This document shows, piece after piece, positions 38,492 through 51,000 of a stretch of DNA of 64,000 nucleotides. How positions within the stretch are numbered: position 1 is the stretch's first letter; the number at the start of each line of letters is the position of its first letter. A program made the translations under genes and the position numbers. The notes under the pieces are model-generated. The model saw nothing but the letters and a program-made list of their open reading frames with translations. It was not told the origin of the DNA and made no database searches. Source of the stretch: Octopus sinensis (Eukaryota); contig NC_043003.1 in the NCBI RefSeq assembly GCF_006345805.1, positions 47,244,001-47,308,000 of the forward strand. The letters are read 5' to 3'.

Positions 38492-38781
38492 CTATGGCCC
38501 TTCCAACCTTATGTGATATTCTCTCTGGTCCTAATTTCAACTCTGAAAATTATGGCAAGCATTACAATATTGACCAGACCATCAAATGTTGTCATATACC
38601 ACTGGTCACAATATGCTTTGCATTGACTTAACTTTTAGAAGAATAGTGTTGACAGTGACTTTGAAGTTTCAATTTGCTTAGCCGTCATCAGACTGTAGTA
38701 TATTTGAGTTCATCTTGGTAAATTTACTTTCCCTGGGGTTGGAGCTTAGTCGGATGATAATTAGGTTGGAGGGTGAACTCT
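38492..38781. repeat. ~290-bp direct repeat, copy 2 (downstream of METAP1); contains a hammerhead motif
   Basis: Near-identical to 35302-35593. Confidence 0.92.
38652..38696 (-). ncRNA. Type-I hammerhead ribozyme motif (copy 2)
   Basis: Identical to 35462-35506. Confidence 0.6.
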
Positions 38782-39880
38782 GATAGAAAGATGTTATAGA
38801 TTTTTATTGATTAAAATTGGAGTTGTATTATTGTTCAGAATAAAACTTTTGTAATCAGATGTGTCATCTTATATATTATTGTTGATGGCTGTTGACTGGG
38901 TAATGCAACAATCTACACAAATTGTAAAACACAAGTATAGTGTTGGCACAAGACAAGATGCTAGAGGATTGAGATTTTATGGATAACATTTGGCTGATAT
39001 CCCAGAATTTTCAAGACAAGTAGAAAAAGACAGTCTAACAGAAATAGCAGTAAAAACCAGACTGAGGGTTAACATTGAAATATTGTGTCGGTGATTGATG
39101 TTAAAATTATGATAAAAAGTGTCCAATCTTTTCTGCAGATCTTATGCATCTAGGATTACATTAGTCTACCCTCATTTTTTTTTTTTTGTTTTACTGCCAT
39201 TTCTAGCAAGTCAGGGGACCACAAAAGTGCTCATCATAGTGAAGAACTTTCATAGTTGGATTATGGGGCCAACATTCAAACCTTTCTTCAAGGAGAGACT
39301 TTTTTTTCCCATAGAGCATCAATGAACTCAGCATTGTGAGCAAACAAAACAAACACTCATAAGCTTCACAGTGCTACCACTGCTTACTGCAGTAAGCTAT
39401 ACATAGACTCTGCTGTTTAATGTCTTTGTCAAGGATTTAACATATCACTCCAACAATTTTTGGCCAACTGTCCAGCACAATTGCAATTCAGATAGATATA
39501 ACCAAGACAAAACCAGAAAGTTTTTTTTTTTTTTTTTTTTTGATAAGATTCCAATATACTCTCCAATTAAAGGCTCCATTCTACTTAAAGTTTATTTTTT
39601 ATCCAATCATACATTATTTAAAGAACTTGTTTGTGCAATACAATAATTAACCTTTAATTGTGTGTGTGCGTGAATTCACATAGCATAGTTTGTCATATCA
39701 CTTAAGTGACAGTCGTGAACTAAAAACAAGCTACATCCAATGTGTTGTACTTCTAAACTATTTCCATTCTGAGAAAATATGAGATGAGAATCTTATTGAT
39801 TTCTCAGAATGGTTTTGTAAATAAAGAATGAAATAAATTATGCTAACTTACAATTAATGCATATGCATGTATTTAATATT

Positions 39881-40056
39881 CTTTTCTACTCTAGGCACAA
39901 GGCCCGAAATTTTGGGGGAGGGGGCCAGTCGATTAGATCAACTGGTACTTAATTTATCGACCCCGAAAGGATGAAAGGCAAAGTTAACCTCAGAACACAA
40001 AGACAGATGAAATACCGCCAAGCATTTTGCCCAGCGTTCTAACGTTTCTGCCACCT
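39881..40056 (-). mobile_element. SINE (GGCGAGCTGGCAGAA family) with 17-bp TSD
   Basis: TSD TGCATGTATTTAATATT (39864-39880 / 40057-40073). Confidence 0.85.
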
Positions 40057-40556
40057 TGCATGTATTTAATATTAGTCAATATACTTCACTACAGAGTATA
40101 CTATATATCATTGCTACCACCATACTAGTATGGGTTTGATGGTTTGAAAGAATCTGGCAAGCCTCAGACTATATCCAATCTCTTTTTCTTTTCTTTTTTT
40201 CCTATAAAGCATCACTGAACTCTATTATTGTGGAAGTTGTAAAGATAATTTATGGACACCTTTGTGTGATCCATGGCTTACTTCTTGTGCTTGCAACACA
40301 TCATCAACCAAAGAGGTAGAAGCTTCAGTGATGGAGTTTTTCGCATTGCAGGACAGGGACTGATAGCAGCATGGGATCAAAGAACTGGCAGAAAGGTGGC
40401 TTCAGACAGTGCAACATGATGGCCTCTACTTTGAATAAGCTGCTTTTGATGCAATTTGATGAATAAAGCTAAGATACCAGAATATTGCAAAACTTTTGAC
40501 TAAACACATATATGTATATATATATATATGTGTGTGTGTGTGTATGTATATATGTG

Positions 40557-41411
40557 CGTGGTCTGATCAATAAGTATCTGGACTACATGCAGAGTGAAGC
40601 TACTTGATACAGTGACCTTGAACTCTGCTGTGCATGTGCACTAAATTTTAATGTTCTACCTCACTTATGCTGTTTACAGCAGTGCTTGGAAGGAAGGCGT
40701 GTAGTGTGTGATCATTGCATTGACCATGAAAGAGAAAACTGAGTAGAGAATCTGCATCAAATTTTGCCAAAAGCTTGGTGATACCTGCTCAGAGGCCTAT
40801 GCAAAGTTTCCAAAAAGTTTTCATCATCCTCAACACAATCAAGATCCTGTGCAACTGAAACCCAGAGTGTCAGCTGAAAGCAGTTTTGGCACAAACTTGG
40901 CAGACACACATCTCATAGCCAAATCTTCAGTGATAATGGACTGAAGTGAACTGTAACTAATCTGCACATACTTTGATAACTCACGAATGGTGATTTGATG
41001 ATCTCTCCTCACAGCTGCATGCACATCTGTGATGTTTTTCTCAGTCCTGCTGGTTATGGGTCTCCCAGAATGTTCATCAACATCGATATTTTTTCAGTCA
41101 TCTTGGAAACATCTGAACCATTCGTACACGTGTGCAGCTCATACACTGCTCTGTATACACTTTCTGCAACTTTGCATAAACCTCTAAGCAGTTATCACCA
41201 TGACAACTTTCTTTGTCATGGTCAATGCAATGATCATACACTACACATGTTCCTTCCAAGCACTACTGTAAACAGCAGAAGTGAGCTAGAACATAAAAAC
41301 TTAGTCTGCATGCACAGCAGAATTCAAGGTCAATCTTTGCCAAGCAGCTTCACTGTGTGCTTTAGGTTCGTTATTATGGCAACAGTCTGGATAGTTATTG
41401 ATTAGACCTTG
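40557..41411. mobile_element. Non-autonomous mariner derivative made of two inverted 5' ends
   Basis: ~28-bp TIRs CGTGGTCTGATCAATAAGTATCTGGACT / AGTCTGGATAGTTATTGATTAGACCTTG-TA. Inverted similarity runs through the 5' UTR into the ATG. Minus strand encodes HSGRP..VRRDHQITIRELS..LAMRCVSAKFVPKLLS. Confidence 0.87.
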
Positions 41412-41908
41412 TATACATGTGAAAGAGATAGACCCAGGAAGACGTGGGTCGAAGTAGTGAGAAAGGATCTTCTGACATTGAGCCTCACAGAGGGGATGAC
41501 AGGGGACTCAAACTCCTAGGCGTTTGCTGTGCTTGAGAAGACATGCTAGGTAAAATTGTGGCTTTTCTTGCATACAAACATGGCCTCTGTTATAAAGTAG
41601 TTGCCATTAGGAGGTCCTGCAAAATCTATGTGCACTCAAGATCATGGTGCTTTTGGAACTGACCAAGGAGTGCTTATCTAAATAGGTAATTTTGAGGATT
41701 TTGCACATTTTGAACATGTTTGCACAAGAGACTCCCTGCATCTCTCTCCAGCTGAGCATTCTTAGTCTTGCAGTGCTGGTGCCATGTAAATGCATTTGTG
41801 CCTGTGCTGCAAAAAGCACCCAAAACACTCTGTAACAGCTGTAGAAGCCATACCAAAACAGACATGGAGCATGGGGAGCTCTTCAGCTGGCCAACTCTTG
41901 TCAAACCT

Positions 41909-42135
41909 ATTTCTTTACTACCCACAAGGGGCTAAACACAAAAGGAACAAACAAGGACAGACAAACAGATTAAGTCGATTACATCAACCCCAGTGTGCAA
42001 CTGGTACTTATTTTATCGACCCCAAAAGGATGAAAGGCAAAGTCGACCTCGGCGGAATTTGAACTGAGAACTTAACGGCAGACGAAATATGGCTACGCAT
42101 TTCGCCCAGCGTGCTAACGATTCTGCCAGCTCGCC
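41909..42135 (-). mobile_element. SINE (GGCGAGCTGGCAGAA family) nested in an RTE-tail retroposon
   Basis: Flanked by a GTCAAACC direct repeat that interrupts the host element. Confidence 0.82.
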
Positions 42136-42202
42136 GTCAAACCATCCAACCCATGCCAGCATGGAAAACGAACATTAAATGATGATACATACATATATAT
42201 AC

Positions 42203-42532
42203 TAAGGGTAAAGACCCCCTTCGGTCATGAGTGACCATGGGATTGCACCTAGAGAGTTACCCTCTGAGGCACAAGTCTGGGCAAGGTTGTTTTATGGAAG
42301 ACCAGTAGTCGCCCATGCATACCGGCCTCCCCTCTCCACGCCACCAGTGTTATCCAAGGGAAAGACAAAGGTCGATACAGCTTGGCACCTGTGACGTCGC
42401 AACTCATTTCTACAGCTGAGTGAACTGGAGCAACGTGAAATAAAGTGTCTTGCTCAAGAACACAACACACAGCCCGGTCCGGGATTCGAGCTCACAACCT
42501 CGACGCTCTAACCACTGAGCCATGCGCCTTCA
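42203..42532 (-). mobile_element. tRNA-derived SINE (GAAGGCGCATGGCTCAGTGG head), reverse
   Basis: Minus-strand A box TGGCTCAGTGG and B-box-like GCTCGAATCC. Confidence 0.8.
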
Positions 42533-44754
42533 TGTATGTAATTATAGGGATTATATGTACATGAGTACACATTTACATTTATCTTATAATTTAATACGAT
42601 AATAAAATTTTTACCCTTAAAAATTTAAATTTTAAACTAGCAATATATCAAATTTAAAAAAAGAAAAAAGTAGTTCAGTTCGGCAACCCTATCTTGAGGC
42701 TAAACAATAACGACAACAATTGCAGGGACTAATACAGCAATCTCCCTGAGGCTGATTCATGATTGATTAAATTAGAAAGAAATCTGTAAATTAATTGGGT
42801 CAATTTATAAGATCATTATGTTATATAATCGTTATTGTAAGTCATAATGATTAGTAGTAATGGTATGGTTGGCTAATGTTGTTGATGGTGATGGTGATGG
42901 TGGTGTTATGATAGTGATGTGGTGTGTATGGAAAAATGTTCTGAAGCAATATTATGATGGAATTGATACAGTGGAGCAATTTTTGTGATGGCATTGTGAC
43001 AATGAGGTAGTATAAAGGAAATGATGTGACGTTAGTTATGGTGATGGTAGAGGAGGAGATGATAATGTATGATAGGAATTATGTTAATTCAGGTCAACCC
43101 TGACACAACTAACAGACCAGTGACGAAAGGTGTTCAAATTGAGGTTAATCTGTCTTTTGGTAAATGCAATTGTGGCATTATTAACCCTTTAGCATTTAAA
43201 CTGGCCAAAATATTCTACCCATTTTATGAACAAAGTGGCTATATCTGGCCTCTCACACCAACCCTTCAATGTCATTCTAAAAATTAAGTTACCTCATCAA
43301 AATATCAAAGCTGTAAGATAATGCATGATTAATTTAAAACTATGAATAAATTGACTGAATAACGTAAATGCTAAATAAAATAGCCATCTATGTATTATAA
43401 TGTATATACACCATTGATAGGGCAGTTACTGAGATATTTGTCCAGAGGTAACATCTCTTGGTAATGAATTCTCGTCAAAGCATGTGACCATCTGTGAGTA
43501 CAAGTTATTGAAAGGTCCCAAAAAGTTCAAGTGCATCTGGCATTTATGCAAGCCACCACTGGAATGATTTGTGTTTTTAACACTGCATGTCCTTAATAGA
43601 TGTTATCTCAGGGTGAATACCACAGTAACTATTCTATCAACACAGCATATATATTAAGTATAATACCTAGATGGCCATTTCATTTTCTTCCTTCTGTAAG
43701 GTACACTTTATCCCAAACTACATTAAGGCCCAAACACATCTCCCTCCCTTTCTATAATGGTGTAGGGTGTAATTTAAGAGGATTTGGTTACTATTTCTAG
43801 GAGGTCAAGTGATCACATACAGACCCTCCTCTTTGGCTTGTGTTGAAGTTATATTGGTCATGATGGTTGTTATTGCTTAATGCCATTTCAATCCTGAGCA
43901 ACTGAACTACATGTGACACATGAGTCTCAGGTTGCATGTTTCTAGTATAGATGATTGTGGTAGTGGTAGCAGTGGTGGTACAGTATGACTGCTGACTTAC
44001 TTAAACAATGTGAACAGTTGACAAATTCTCATCTAAATATACCAAACTAAAAATAGCAAGTTCTACAAATAAAAAAATCATAAAAGCTATTACTTGTTAA
44101 TTAACAGAAGTTATATTTAGTACATCACTGGTTATTAGTGGATAATGATTCTTTCTTCTTTTTAATCTTAAATTTGTGTGTAGCCTTCTTATTTTGTTTA
44201 ATGCTTACACCTGGAGAGAGGGGGTGTGGTGTGCCTATAGTCTGCAAAGAGTTTGATATCATTACTGTTCCTCCTGAATTCTTGCAAGTGAATAGCTGTA
44301 AAAAAAACACTGAAATCTTTCCTAGATCTAAAGAGACAGGCCTGTCCTTGATATGTAGTCTTTGCTGCATTGAGGACATGCATTCACCAGAACATCCACA
44401 ACAACTGAGAGAGACCTAAGATTTGAAGCAATCACAAGAGATTTGGTTATGTACTGTTCATACTAAGGGATGTGGTAATGCTTTATTGAGGTGAACTGAT
44501 TGTGCTTTTTTTGCCACTGAAAGAAACAAGATTAGCATGACCTCATTGGAGAATGTTTTTGAGTGTACTCAGATTAATGCTCTTCAAACCATGTATGTTT
44601 GGGTGTAAACATTTACATAGATATACACATACACACAAACACAGATATGGTTTGAAGAGCATTGAGCTGAGAGCACTCAACACAACATAACAAATACCAT
44701 GCATGAATCTGACTGCACAAGTGCTGAATAAAACTTAAATAAATTGGAATAGAG

Positions 44755-45634
44755 ATAATAATAATAATAATAATAATTGTGTACAGTGCTCAGGTGCACT
44801 ACAACTCATCTAAAGTGTATATATAATCAGGTGTAGTTTCGGCGGATTTCGGAAAGCATGAGGGCCTTAAAAGATGCAGTGTCATGGCAGTCAACAACTG
44901 ACGCAGGCAGTTTATTCATGCTTCAGCAACTCTGAGCGTGAAAAAATGTTTCCGAAAGTCATGGGAGCTGTATTGTTTTCTGACTTTGTAGGCATGTCCA
45001 CGTGTGTTAGACACATGGAGATCAAAAAGGTGTTCAGTGTTGTTGTTGGTGAGGTGGTTGATAACTTTGTGGGTGTTTACCAAGTCTGTCGCCAAACGCC
45101 GGAGCTTCAGTGAATCCATGCCCAGGGAAACAAGGCGCTCAGAATATGGTAGGTGTCTGATGGAGGGTATGCGTTTGGTTGCACGTCTCTGGACAGATTC
45201 CAGGAGGTCAATGTTCTGTGCAAGATAGGGGTTCCAAACTGATGATGCGAATTCCAAGTGTGGTCGTACCATAGCTGTATACAGTTTTAAATAGATGGCT
45301 GGAGAGCGGCTAACAAAAGACCTGCTGAGTGATGCCAAGACACCCTCGGCCTTCCTGACAATCTTAGAGATATGCTTTGACCAACGCAAATCACTGCTGA
45401 CAGTGATGCCTAGGTCACGCTCGCAAGAGGATTTCTTGATATCAGTGTTGTGGAGGGAGTATGTGAACGCAGGGTTTTTTCTCCCAAAATGCATGGTGGT
45501 ACACTTGTCCACAGCCAGTTTCAGTTGCCTGTCTGTGATCCATTGCTGCATTGTGTCTAGGTCTGATTGCAGGAAAGAGTTGTAGACATCAGGATCTGTC
45601 CTCTTGATTTCAAGGTACAGCTTGATGTCGTCTG
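44755..45634 (-). mobile_element. 5'-truncated CR1/L2-clade LINE (RT C-terminal half) with (TTA)n tail
   Basis: Starts at the (A)DDIKL catalytic motif. ORF 44916-45551 has ERDLGI, LYTAMVRPHLEFASSVWNP, LESVQRRATK and TRGH; a 1-nt deletion truncates the C-terminus relative to the 34413 copy. Confidence 0.93.
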
Positions 45635-46060
45635 ATCCTTCAGTAAGCAGACTAATATGTTCTTTTCAGGGGTTATAACCCCTAATGATGTTTTAGAACA
45701 AATGTACAATTATATATATAAATGGATGTATGATGATGATATATATGTGTAGTGCCCATGGTTTTTTTTTTACCTTTTCTTTGTACTTTTTTCTGTTTTG
45801 CAACTCACTAACATTGGTATACAAAAATAGACACCCAGTACACACTGTAAAGTGGTTGGCATTAAAAAGGGTATCAACCATAGAAACCATGTCAAAGCTA
45901 ACGCTGGAATTTTCTGGAACCTGTTAAAATGTCCAACCCATGCCAGCATGGAGAAAGTGGACGTTAAATGATGATGATGATGATATATATATGTGTGTGT
46001 GTGTGTGTGTATGTATGGGCACACTTCATAAATATATTACAATTTAAAAAACAAAACAAT

Positions 46061-46127
46061 TTTATTAAATTTTTTCACAATTGAAAATTTTGTTTAAAAA
46101 AAAGAGACAAACAAAATCAAATTTATT
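46061..46127 (-). terminator. Candidate polyadenylation signals (AATAAA at 46122-46127 and 46061-46066) of the ASB-like gene
   Basis: TTTATT on +, 120-180 nt downstream of the minus-strand stop codon. Confidence 0.45.
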
Positions 46128-46244
46128 TGAAGTTCAGTATCTTTGTGTATCACACAAACTCACCTCTCACTGATTTCCCCATCTATATAGAGCAAAAGGT
46201 TTGAGTATGTTCAGATGTTGGCAGTGTTTTACATTAAGTGTAAT

Positions 46245-47454
46245 TCATTGTATGTCCATATAGTTGAGGTAATCCTGCAGTGTCTTGGGAATGGGAAGAA
46301 GATGAGTCCATTTCGCCACTGGTGCACACATTGACTGGCGAATGATCAACCGACACAAGTGTGAGAGGGCGAGTGGTGTGGAGGCTACCTGCTGTAGCCA
46401 CTCCTTTATCACAATGCTTTCTGTCTGTTTCGAAATAACCCCTGAATGCACTACTGACTGCAGTTCCGAAAGACTGATCCCACCGGCAAGAAACAGAACC
46501 TTTGTAAGTTCAAGATTCCCGTGGGACAGGGCTGCCCTAAATGGAAGAGCTTTTGTCCATCTACCAGCTAATGCTGTACCCCCTTTAATTGTAGCATCCC
46601 CACCAGCATGAAGAAGTAACTTTATGACATCAGTACGGGCATACACAGCAGCTTCCATCAGAGGTGTGCTGCCATGAAAATCACATTTGTTGGGGTTACA
46701 ACCAGCTGCCAGTAAAATTCTTACACATTCAACATGTCCCTTGTTTGCAGCATAATGCAATGATGTCTTCTTTGCGTGACATGAGCAGTGGACATCACAA
46801 TTGAAGTCTATAAGCATTTGTACAATTTCTGGACGGTTCTCCATGGAGGCCTGCAAAAGTGGTGTGTAACCCCACATGTTTTGAGCATTGATGTCGGCAC
46901 CAGAATTGATGAGATACTCTGTTAATTCCACAGTCCCATTCTTTGCAGCAGAGTGTAGTGAAGTTGCATTATCCAAATTGCTTGCATTGACATCTGCACC
47001 AGATTTAATTAACAGTTTGGTTATCTCAATGCTGTTGACCATAACAGCCAAAATTAGAGGTGTGTCACCATAGCGATTCTTCAAATTAACATCACTGCTG
47101 GTGCTCAAGAGTAGCTCAACCAGTTGTTTGTTTTGGTGGTAGGCAGCCATATGGAGAGCAGTTTGCCCACAATGACTGGCCAAGTTAATATTGCAGCCAT
47201 AATTAATCAAAAGCTTGGCAACCTTGAGAAAATTTTTGGCAGAAGCTAATACCAGGCTGGAATCTCCATCTAAATCTACAGTGTCCACATCTGCTTCTGC
47301 ATCCAATAGCAACTGTACACATTCATAATGACCAGAGTTTGCTGCTCTGATTAGTGCTTCATTTAAGTCATCAGTACAGAACTCTCCATGAAAGCCAGAT
47401 AGAGCAACCTGCAGCAAGTCTGTATCATTTTTACCGGCAGCATCTTTTATAAAA
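46245..47454 (-). CDS. Ankyrin repeat and SOCS box protein (ASB-like), large terminal exon
   Basis: About 9 ankyrin repeats (G.TPL/TALH..A..G....V.LL...GADVN) and a C-terminal SOCS box TPLALSHLCRLIIR...LLPIPKTLQDYL. Acceptor TTTTATTTTCAG| at 47455; frame open as (S)FIKDAAGKNDTDLLQVAL... Confidence 0.93.
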
Positions 47455-47991
47455 CTGAAAATAAAAGAAAAAAGGGAAACATTACAAAAACAAAACCATT
47501 GGTTTCTTATTGGTACAAGATTACAAATCTAGAGGAGAAGGATGAGACCAGTATGTATACATTTAGTATGATACACAGATGGCAACTGAAATCAATGCTG
47601 TTTCAATTGCGTACATTGAGTTTTTACACACACACATTCACACACACACACACACACACACACGCACTCACACACACACACACACACCACAAATGCATTC
47701 ATAGAGATATCACTGACTTCTTGCTTCACATTATTTTCCCATCTCCTTCTCTGCTCATGAGAGGTAATTAGAAAAGTAAATGTGAAGCAGATGATTGTAC
47801 TGACCTCATTCATCATGCAGGGACTGCTAAAGCTATAGATATCTTTCAAACACTTCAGAACAGATAGTTAAAATAAATAAATACAAATTAAGTAGAGTAA
47901 CTTCTACCATACAAGTTTACCAAAACAGACTTATGTAACATATTGAAACTATTCAGCTATAACAATAACAAAGCAATGAATTAAGTCTTAC

Positions 47992-48057
47992 CTTCCCATG
48001 ACCGATAACGAATTGTAAGATTCTGGGGTACATCTAAAACTACAGCGGCATTTATAC
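47992..48057 (-). CDS. ASB-like gene, 66-nt upstream exon (YKCRCSFRCTPESYNSLSVMGS; in-frame ATG at 47999)
   Basis: Acceptor TCTTTCTCACCAG|, donor AAG|GTAAGA; phase 2 joins the large exon in frame; starting at this ATG gives 405 aa. Confidence 0.75.
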
Positions 48058-51000
48058 CTGGTGAGAAAGAAATATTTAATAAAATATAGTGTAAAAATGT
48101 AATATATGAGAAAGTCTTAAAAATGAGATTAAAACAATATTTTACATATTTTTTTCAAAAAGAAACCCAGCACACTCTGTAAAATGGTTGGCATTAGGAA
48201 GGGCATCCAGGTATAGAAACCAAGCCACAACAGACAATTGGTGTCTGGACTGCTCCCCGATTGGCCAGCTCCTGTCAACCTGTCCAACCCATGCCAGCAT
48301 GAAAAGCAGATGTTAAACAATGATGATAATGATGGACAACTTCAACGTTTTATCAATATTTTACCAAATATCTATGAGTCTGTCATATCACATAACAACC
48401 TTACATTCACAAGTGACTTAGTAGAATCTTGTGACATTTCTTCTGAGTTCAAATCCTGCTGAGGTTTTTTTTTTTTCATACCACCAGGAACAATAAAGTA
48501 CAGGGGTCAGTGTAATCAACTAACAACCTCCTCTCAAAATTGTTAGCCTTGTGCTTGAATTGGAAACATTATTATAAAAAGAGGTTACTTTGCCTTTCAT
48601 CCTTTCAGGGTCAATAAAATATGTACCTGTTAAGTACTGGGGGTTCATGTAATTGATGAATTCCTTTCCCCAAAATTTTAGGCCTTTTGCCTAAAGTAGA
48701 AAGGATTACTACAAAACACTAAATTAGCAGAACCATTAGAACATTGGATAAAATACTTTATGATAGTTAATTACAGACCTAAACATTCCAAGTTCAAATC
48801 CAGCCAAAGCCAACTTTACCTTCTATCTTATCAAAGTTAATAAAGTAAAATACTAATCAAGAATCAGCATTGACTGAGTCAACTAACTGACCAACTGCCA
48901 AATTGCAAGCATTTTGCATAATTATAATATTATTATTATTAAATTCAATAGAACATGAAACAACTTTGTGATATTTAGTTATGTTCCTTCTGCTCCAAGA
49001 AGAAAAAAAACATTTCGCCTTTTAACTGTCTAACCTCAATAAAATAAATACATCTCAAGTACGTGGGTCAATTAAACTAACAACATTCATTTCCAAAATT
49101 CCCAGATCATATTTCTGATATATATATATATATATGAAAAAAAAAAAAGAAAGAAACATCCTGTATTTACGACTACATTATTCAATGTGTCCTTCCATTT
49201 TTTAAGATGACAGTGATTGAAAGAGACATGGCTTACATTTCTAACAAGTGAGACAATGACAAAGAGGTTCCCACTATTTTTACCCTGAATTTAAAATGAA
49301 CTCTAGGAGGAGAATTAACAGATATTATAATCAAGAATGTGATACAAGTGAATCTCCCAATCTTGTAAGAAACAAGACATTCTAATAAGATGCAATTAGC
49401 CCAGTATAAAAAAATTATAAAAATATGGCATAAATTTAAAAGAAATTTGCTGATAATAGTTGATGTATATTGTAAATGTGGATTTTACTTGTTGCCATGT
49501 CACTTTCACCTACCAAGGTAGGTTGAATACAATTATATTGATTATACAATTCATGGGCATTGATTTCCTGTCTCAGAGATGAGTTTGTGCACCAGTTTAT
49601 CTCTGTAACTTAGAAGCTGCACAACTCTGATTAGAAAAAGAATTCTGAGATATACCTTCATCTCCAACAGTTATAAAACCCAAGACATTTTACTCTTATT
49701 GCAATAAGTACACTTTTCCCATAAACCCATCAGTATGCAGAAACCTTACATTTAAAATAATATCAGTAAATTAATGTTTCTTTTGTATTCCTTACCATTC
49801 ACTAATGAAAGCATTGATGCAATATCAACTACATGGTAATTCCGTTCCAACTCCAAATTGATAAATCCTGATATCACTTAGCTAGTGTTTATAAATGACG
49901 ACAAAATGTCACTAAATATTTTATCCAAGTTCAAGTTTTCCTTCTCCAGCTAAATCATTGATAAATAAACTATTACTAAATCGTACTACAGTATTCTAAT
50001 TCACTACTTAAGATGTTAGCCACCATTACGCTTATAAATCAAAGGAAGAAAAAAATCCAGAGAAATTCACAGGGAAAGACGCAAAAAAATAAACACATGG
50101 TGTGAACAGGAATCTCCTTCTCAAATGAGGTTTAAACTTTGTTTCTCATACAGAACAGTACCTAGTTCCTGTTTATTTTTTTCTTTGCTTCCCACCAAAT
50201 AACATTCATTGAATTCTGTTTGTGCAGTTTGGGATTTGGTGACAATTGTGGACATTTGCAATAGAGGACTTTAAGAGTTAAATACACACACACACTAATT
50301 CAGATGACTCGAAAATGAAGAAGGCATATCACCAAAGGATTCACAGATGAATGAGAAAATTATTATAATTGGTAGGAAAGTATATATATATATAGTAGAA
50401 GACAACTGCCCAAAATGCCATGCAGTTGTAATGAACCTAGAACCATGTGGTTGGGAAGCAAGCTTCTTACCACACAGCCACGCCCGTGCCTATATATATC
50501 ATCATTATCATTTCACATCTGCTTTCCATGCTGGCATGGGTTGGGCAGTTTGGCTGAAAACTAGTTAAGCCGGGGGAGCTGCACCAGGTTCCAATCTGAT
50601 ATAGCAAAGTTTCTACAGTCGGATGCCCTTCCTAATGCCAACCACTCTGAGAGTGTAGTGAGTGTTTTTTATGTGCCAATGGCACTCATGCCTTTGACCT
50701 GACATCGGCATCAGCCATGACTACAGTCTCACTTGGCTTGACAGGGCTACACAAGCATGGTATATGGTCAAAGGTCTTGGTTACCTGTCACTGCCTCCAT
50801 GAGGCCCCACGCTCAAATGGTGCCAGTCGGATGGCACTGGCATTGGCCATGACTATGATTTCACTTGGTTCAATAGGTCTTCACAAGCACAGCGTATTGC
50901 CCAAGATTATACATCACATGATAGTTGAAAATAATCATCGCTGTCATACAAGCAATGTCATTCATTTCCAATATCCTACGAAACCATGTCTGGCCATGGG

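Noticed and set aside
39764-39812. Short hairpin CCATTCTGAGAAA...TTTCTCAGAATGG
   Set aside because: Too short for a confident pre-miRNA call; no supporting context.
44138-44419. 93-aa ORF and overlapping antisense ORFs
   Set aside because: No domain similarity or consistent splice signals.
49796-49867. Possible extra minus-strand exon ending ATG|GTAAGG
   Set aside because: Weak acceptor, and joining its ATG to the 66-nt exon gives an immediate stop (GTA TAA).
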